The translations under genes and the position numbers were made by a program. A DNA stretch of 32,000 nt, from the NCBI GenBank assembly GCA_024277355.1, contig JAJRVL010000004.1:60001-92000 (forward strand), in the 5' to 3' direction. How positions within the stretch are numbered: the first letter of the stretch is position 1; each line of letters opens with the position of its first letter. The notes beneath the pieces were generated by a model. The model saw only the letters and a list, made by a program, of their open reading frames with translations. It had not been told where the DNA came from and did not search any database. Source of the stretch: an archaeon (GTDB taxonomy: Archaea; Iainarchaeota; Iainarchaeia; Iainarchaeales; 1-14-0-10-31-34). This document shows positions 26,521-32,000 of the stretch, piece by piece.

Positions 26521-28038
26521 ATGAAATTAAATCAAAACTTGCTGATAATTTTATGTTTAATAATAACAGTTTTATTTACAGTTAACTCAATTCATTCAGA
26601 TTATCCTCTGCCTTTTCATTCAGAAGAATACGATCATTTAATTTTAGCAAAAGAATCAACTCAGGGAAAAATTGAATTAGGATTAAACTGGGAAATAAGT
26701 TTCAGTGTAATGCTTGCAGTAATTAATGCATTAATGTTAAATAATTTAAATAAATTCTTAATTTTTATTCCAATAATTTCAGGTTTAATTTTAGCTTTAA
26801 GTTCATTTATTTTAGGAAGATTTCTATTCAAAAACAATTTAGCAGGACTATTATTCAGTTTATTTGCTTTAATGATTCCAAGCAACCCAAGTCTAATGGG
26901 CTTAATGTTTGCAACACCAAACTCAATGGCATTAAGTTTAATCCCACTGCTGTTATTCTTGTTTTTAAAGGGAACAACCCACAAAAAAACAGCTTTTGTA
27001 TTCATGATTTTGTTTGCTTTAACTACTATAATTCATCCAGCTTTTACTTTAATTTTAATTCCTTTAATTGTCATTTACTTAGTTTTAAATCCAAAATTAT
27101 TTCAAAAAAACCAGTTAAAAATAGCAATAACCATAGTATTACTGATAATTTTAATGCCTGTTTTTGCTTCAAGAATTGGAACTGAAGTTTCATTAACTCA
27201 TCAAAGTTTAACTGAAATAACAAAAAATGCAGGAAAAGTTCTAATATGGGAGTCAATAACTCAATATGCTCCAAAATTCTTTCTAAAAGACTTTATTGGC
27301 TATTATTTAATTGGTTTAGCAGGAATAGGAACAGGATTAATTATTTTATTAAGATTATTAATTGAATTTAAAAGAAAAAAAGGAATGCATTCTTTAATGG
27401 AAAACGAATTTACTGTTTCAAAGCATCAGATTATTCTTCCAATAGCAGTAATTGCATTAAGTTTTCTTTATTTGTATTTCAATTTAAATGATTACACTTT
27501 TATTGTTCCTTATGAAAGAATGTTTTTGGTTTTAATGCTGTTTATGCTGTTTAATGCTGCTGCAGGAACCTATTTAATCTGGAGAATTTTAATAAACAAA
27601 ATCAGTGAACAAACATTAAAGCCTTTTACAGTTGTTTTTGTTGTTTTAATTTTGTTTTTTTTGTTAACTGTTCCTTTTTCTCAAAAAACACAATTATACA
27701 AAAACATCGAAACAAGTGGAATTTCTTCTTTGGATTGGATTGAAAAAAACACTGAAAAAAATTCTTCTTTTATTGCCGTTCCAAAAAATTCTTTGGTAAT
27801 AAAGTTTTTTACTGAAAGAAAAATTTTTGCTTCTCCTCCTACTCGCGCAGGATTAGCTGATTCATTTAAATTAGAGGTTTTTGCAATACAAAACTGTGAT
27901 AAAAAAAATGAAATAATTAAAAAAACTAAAGCAGATTATATTTTTGAAGACAAAGAATTTGAATGCAAATCCTTTAATAAAATTTATGACAAAAAAGACT
28001 ATAAAATTTATAAAGTTATAAAAACAAAAGATGTATAA
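26521..28038 (+). CDS. GT-C-like polytopic membrane protein (putative glycosyltransferase)
   Basis: 505 aa with about 10-12 hydrophobic segments, an acidic first extracytoplasmic loop (FHSEEYDHLILAKE) and a soluble C-terminal domain. TATA-like TTTAAATG lies about 27 nt upstream. Confidence 0.6.
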   Translation: MKLNQNLLIILCLIITVLFTVNSIHSDYPLPFHSEEYDHLILAKESTQGKIELGLNWEISFSVMLAVINALMLNNLNKFLIFIPIISGLILALSSFILGRFLFKNNLAGLLFSLFALMIPSNPSLMGLMFATPNSMALSLIPLLLFLFLKGTTHKKTAFVFMILFALTTIIHPAFTLILIPLIVIYLVLNPKLFQKNQLKIAITIVLLIILMPVFASRIGTEVSLTHQSLTEITKNAGKVLIWESITQYAPKFFLKDFIGYYLIGLAGIGTGLIILLRLLIEFKRKKGMHSLMENEFTVSKHQIILPIAVIALSFLYLYFNLNDYTFIVPYERMFLVLMLFMLFNAAAGTYLIWRILINKISEQTLKPFTVVFVVLILFFLLTVPFSQKTQLYKNIETSGISSLDWIEKNTEKNSSFIAVPKNSLVIKFFTERKIFASPPTRAGLADSFKLEVFAIQNCDKKNEIIKKTKADYIFEDKEFECKSFNKIYDKKDYKIYKVIKTKDV

Positions 28039-28062
28039 AAAAAATAATTAAATTGATTTTTT

Positions 28063-28800
28063 ATGCCTGCAAAAACCACTGTTAAAAGAACTCCTCAATA
28101 TTTAATTAATCTTGCTAAAAGAAAAAGAAGAAATAAAAGGAGAATTGAACAAGGTAAAAAGCCTTTAGTTCAGCCTTTACAAATTGCTTTAAATGCTGAA
28201 AGAAATTCAGCTTTAAAAAAAGGAATAATGGTTTTTTTTAATGGAAAAAAAAGAATTGAACTTCCTATGAAATTAATGTTAAATGAAGGAAAAAATATAG
28301 GAATATTTAATATGTTACTGCAGGGCGTCTATAAGACTGCAAAAGGAAGAATTATTACAGTTAGAAGTGAGCATTCAACTGACTTAATGTTATTTGAAGT
28401 AAAAAATGGAAAAGAAACACTAATTAAGTCTCCAATAAAAAAAAGCAATGAAGATTATGACAATTTTTTTGCAAGAGGCAATGATTTAGCGCACATGAAT
28501 ATTGATAATTCTTTGAAAGGACAAGGATTAGGATTAAAAATTTTATCTAAAGCAGAAAGAGAACAAAGAGCAAAACAAAAAGGAAAACATAAATTCAGGA
28601 TTTTTAGAAAATCCCAGTTCCCTCCTTTATTTAAAAAATTAGGTTATTCAGTTAAAAAAGATTTAATTGCTTTTACTGCAGAAAAAAAAGGAAGATTTCA
28701 GCCAAAAGATAATTTAAATAAATTTCATAGAATTGAAGCAATTGATCCAAAAACAGGCAAAACAAAAATTTTTACTTTTCCAGTTAAACCAAAATTTTAA
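28063..28800 (+). CDS. Uncharacterised basic protein with possible GNAT-like acetyltransferase motifs
   Basis: Basic N-terminus KRTPQYLINLAKRKRRNKRRIEQGKK. The C-terminal half contains LKGQGLGLKILSKAEREQRAKQKG...FPPLFKKLGY, resembling the GNAT motif A/B arrangement. Confidence 0.4.
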   Translation: MPAKTTVKRTPQYLINLAKRKRRNKRRIEQGKKPLVQPLQIALNAERNSALKKGIMVFFNGKKRIELPMKLMLNEGKNIGIFNMLLQGVYKTAKGRIITVRSEHSTDLMLFEVKNGKETLIKSPIKKSNEDYDNFFARGNDLAHMNIDNSLKGQGLGLKILSKAEREQRAKQKGKHKFRIFRKSQFPPLFKKLGYSVKKDLIAFTAEKKGRFQPKDNLNKFHRIEAIDPKTGKTKIFTFPVKPKF

Positions 28801-28801
28801 T

Positions 28802-31800
28802 TTAAAGTTTTAGAATAAATTTGCCTTTCTTTTTTTTCTTTTTTGTTTCTTCTTTTTTTCCATTTGATTCTAATTCTTTTCTGTTTCTTTCAGTTATTTC
28901 TTTTTGTTTTTTCTGGCTTTTTCTAATAAAATATTGTTCAAAGAAATAAATAAAACCAAACTCTAAAATTAATATTATAAAAAAACCAATTAAACCAAAA
29001 AACCTGTTTGAACATAAAGCTAATAAAAAGAATATTACTGAAGCAATTAAACTTACAATAATTCCATAATCAGGTTTTAATACAAACATATCCCATAAAG
29101 CAATAGAATACCTGCTGAACTTTGAAAAAGCATAAGCTGAAGCAATTAATGAAAGCAATAAAATTATTGGAATAACTAAAGGATTAGTTTGTTCAGGTCC
29201 TCCAAAAAAGAAATCAGCAATCAAAAAAAGAAAAGAATACTCTGCTTGTTCTTTTGAAATAACTTTAAATGAATCAGTAAATACAACTGATTTAATTGAA
29301 GACATCACTTTATAAGTTCCTTTTTCTTCAGCTAAAAAACTAATGCTTCCTTCTGAATTAGTTATTAATTCAGTTATTTCTTTACTTGGAGAAATAACAG
29401 TTATTTTTTGTTCACTTACCGGTCCAAATAATGAATGATATAATACAACTTTCTGCATTGCTCCTTCAACAATTTCTTCCTGCATTACATCAAAAACAAA
29501 TTGTTCTTTTATTGTTTCATCACTTACAACAACAAACTGGTTTTTAGGGCATTTTTCATCAATTAATCCGTCTAAATCATCATCTAATTCATTATAACAT
29601 TTTTCAATTAAAAAAGAATACAAGTTAATTGAAACAATATTATTTGTTTTATTGTCTTCTTCAATATTTTCAGCTGAATCTAATTCAGCAAAAATACTTC
29701 CAGTTATTTCTTTTGAAAAATCAACAGTTAAAATTATTTTTTGTGTTTCTCCGCTTGCAAGATTAAACCCTGAAATTGTATTAATTACTTTTTTTGTGTC
29801 TGCTTCATAATAATATAATTCAACTGTAAAATCATTTGCATTTAACACGCCTTTGTTTTCTATTTATAATTCAAGTAAAACAGAATTTCCTAATTCAACT
29901 AAAGAATTATTTACTGGCTTAAAATAATTTACTGTTAAATCTGCTTTTTGTGAAACAAGCAAAAATATTTTAGTGCAGTTATCTGAATCAATTCCTTCTG
30001 CTTCTGCAGTTGAAGAAACACACACATCATAATTTCTGTTTCCAATTAAGTCTCCAGGAACCACATAATCATAATTTATTGTTATATTAGATAAATCCTC
30101 AAAACTTAATTCAGAAAAATAAATTGAATTAACTGCTTTTTTTGCTGAAAGATTCTGCAAACTTATTCCTGCTTTAAGATTTGAAACTTTAATTGAATCA
30201 ACTATTTCATTTGTTAATGAATCTCTTACAATAACAAAAAAAGAAGATGAATCAACAAAACCATTATTTTGTATTTTTGCAGTTAAACCGACATTTGATC
30301 CAGGAGAAACTAATTTTCTATCAAAGTTTGCTTCACTTATTTTTAAGCTTACAAAATTACTGTATTTAAATAAAACTGAAGAAAGATTATTGTTTAATTC
30401 ATCTGATTCAGCAAAAGAATTATCATAATCAACAAAAGCAGTAATATTATTTTCTACTTCAGGAATAGAAGAATAAGGCAGAATAAAAGAAAATTCCTGT
30501 GATTCTTTTGGATTAATTGAACCAACTAAATCTGAAAAAATAATATTGCTTTCATTTATTTCTTCAATAAAAAAATAAACTTTAACTTGAGGAGAAATAA
30601 ATTTACCGTTATTCCTTACTGTCAATAAAACTTTAGCATCTTCTTTTTCAAATAAAACGTCTTTTTCAAAACTAAATGATTCAAGCAGTAAGTCAAATCC
30701 ATTATCAATTATTCCATCACCATCATCATCTATTCCGTTTTCTTCTTCTTTTGAAACAACTTTCAAAAACAAGGAATCAGAATCATTGAAAGGATTTCCA
30801 TCTGTTTCTGTTCCATAACAATCAGAAGTAATTTTTATTTCTGTTTCACCTGAATTAAATCCAAGTAATTCAGGCATAAAATAAAAACCTGAATTATCTT
30901 TTCCTGTTAAATTCCATGAATACAAAGAAGAAACATAGCTTTTTGGAAGAACTTTTTGTTTTCCGTTTACTGTAAATAAATAAGAAAAGCTAACAGATGA
31001 ATCAATAAATTCAAGCAAGGAATCTGAATTAAATACATCTTGTTTACCTGAAAAAACTAAAATTAATTCTTTTTCTTTTTTTTCATCTGAAACATTAACA
31101 CAAAAATTTTTACTGCTGAACTCATTAAAATAATCTTTATTTTCTCCTAATTTTGTCGTAATATCAAAAGGAATTACAATAAAAGAAGGAATTTGTTTTG
31201 AATCAAACCTGAATTTTTTATTTCCCTTTAAGTCAATTACAGGAAAAATTTTTTCATTTGAAGAAGAAAAAATAAATTCAGATAATTCAACTGAATAATC
31301 TGTTTTGCAGTCTTCATCTGTTTTTCCGTCTAAATCATCATCTAATCCATTATAACATAGTTCTTTTATTTCAGGATTAGATGAAACAACATTAAAAGAA
31401 AAAGAACCTGAATTATTATTTTTTGTTGCTTCATGAACTAAATTTAGTTTGTCAACTGAAATACTAAAATTTTCTGTTCCGCTTAAACCAAAAGAAGAAA
31501 CAAAAAAAGTTATTGTTTTTTTTTCGCCTGAATTTAATCCATAAACCATTTTTGATTCAATTGCTTTTCCCTGTGAATCTAAAAGAGAAACAACAAAATC
31601 AGAAGAAATCCCGCTTAAACCATTATTTGAAATAACTGCAGTTACAGGTATTTCTTCTCCTTGATTAATTAATTCAGGGAAATCCAATGAAGAAACAATT
31701 AAATCCGGATAATCAGATGACGCATTAAATAAAACTTCTTTTTGAAGTAAATTATTGTTTTCATTTTGTTCTTCAATTTCAAAAGCAGAATCAATTACTG

Positions 31801-32000
31801 CTTCAAAAACATGAGTTCCAGGAAAAACACTTGAATTAAATTCAAATAAAACTTCTTTTGTTTGACTTTGAGTTAAACCAAAAATTCTTTTTTCTCCGAT
31901 TAAAACTTTACCTGAATCAGAATTCAAATATAATGAAACAGTAAACGGCAATGAATCTTTTTTACCTGAATTAACTGTTTTAACTTTAATTTGAGTTGTC
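28802..32000 (-). CDS. Large CARDB-repeat, C-terminally membrane-anchored surface protein; 5' end beyond the window; interrupted by one in-frame TAA at 29864..29866
   Basis: Listed ORFs 29864..31951 and 28802..29848 share a frame, separated by TAA plus five codons (IENKG). At least five CARDB-like repeats, three D-rich motifs (CYNxLDDDLDGxxDExC, NGIDDDGDGIID), C-terminal TM helices and a Lys/Glu-rich tail. The frame stays open to nt 32000, so the listed TTG start at 31951 is probably artefactual. Confidence 0.82.

Noticed and set aside
26661-27274. Minus-strand ORFs 26661..27005 and 27071..27274
   Set aside because: Antisense to the 505-aa GT-C-like protein, which has consistent TM topology.
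28063-28800. Ribosomal protein S4e or other ribosomal protein assignment suggested by the basic N-terminus
   Set aside because: No S4e or other ribosomal protein sequence pattern; the C-terminal half fits an acetyltransferase-like motif better, and even that is weak.
1-32000. CRISPR array, tRNA/rRNA genes or mobile elements
   Set aside because: No regular repeat-spacer pattern, no tRNA- or rRNA-like sequence and no transposase or integrase motifs were seen; intergenic space is too small for most of these.

Overview
This is a low-GC window that looks archaeal (possibly DPANN-like, which is an inference). Supporting signs are TATA/BRE-like boxes, GGTG Shine-Dalgarno motifs, an Lhr helicase plus COG1407-type phosphoesterase, and CARDB-repeat surface proteins. 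I see no RNA genes, CRISPR arrays or insertion sequences. Layout: (i) 1-4211 lhr-like helicase (5' truncated by the window), a methyltransferase-like protein and a metallophosphoesterase; (ii) 4260-4763 an RHH-antitoxin/RelE-like toxin pair; (iii) 4869-6560 a divergent pyrG; (iv) about 6562-26365 a dense surface-glycan island with 12 glycosyltransferases (GT2 and GT4 type), one NAD-dependent sugar epimerase/dehydratase, two SAM methyltransferases, an ABC-2 exporter and membrane proteins; (v) 26521-32000 a GT-C-like polytopic protein, a possible GNAT-like protein and a large CARDB-repeat membrane-anchored surface protein. The points the supplied ORF track hides: an unlisted 52-aa Trm112/YcaR-like zinc-ribbon ORF at 6562..6720(-); two adjacent ORFs at 23652-25573(-) that read as one GT-C-like gene broken by a -1 shift, with a T TTT TTC heptamer in the only possible window; two ORFs at 28802-31951(-) that are one CARDB protein interrupted by a single in-frame TAA inside a CARDB repeat; and two window-edge genes whose listed starts are artefacts. 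No clearly novel defence or mobile system is visible.
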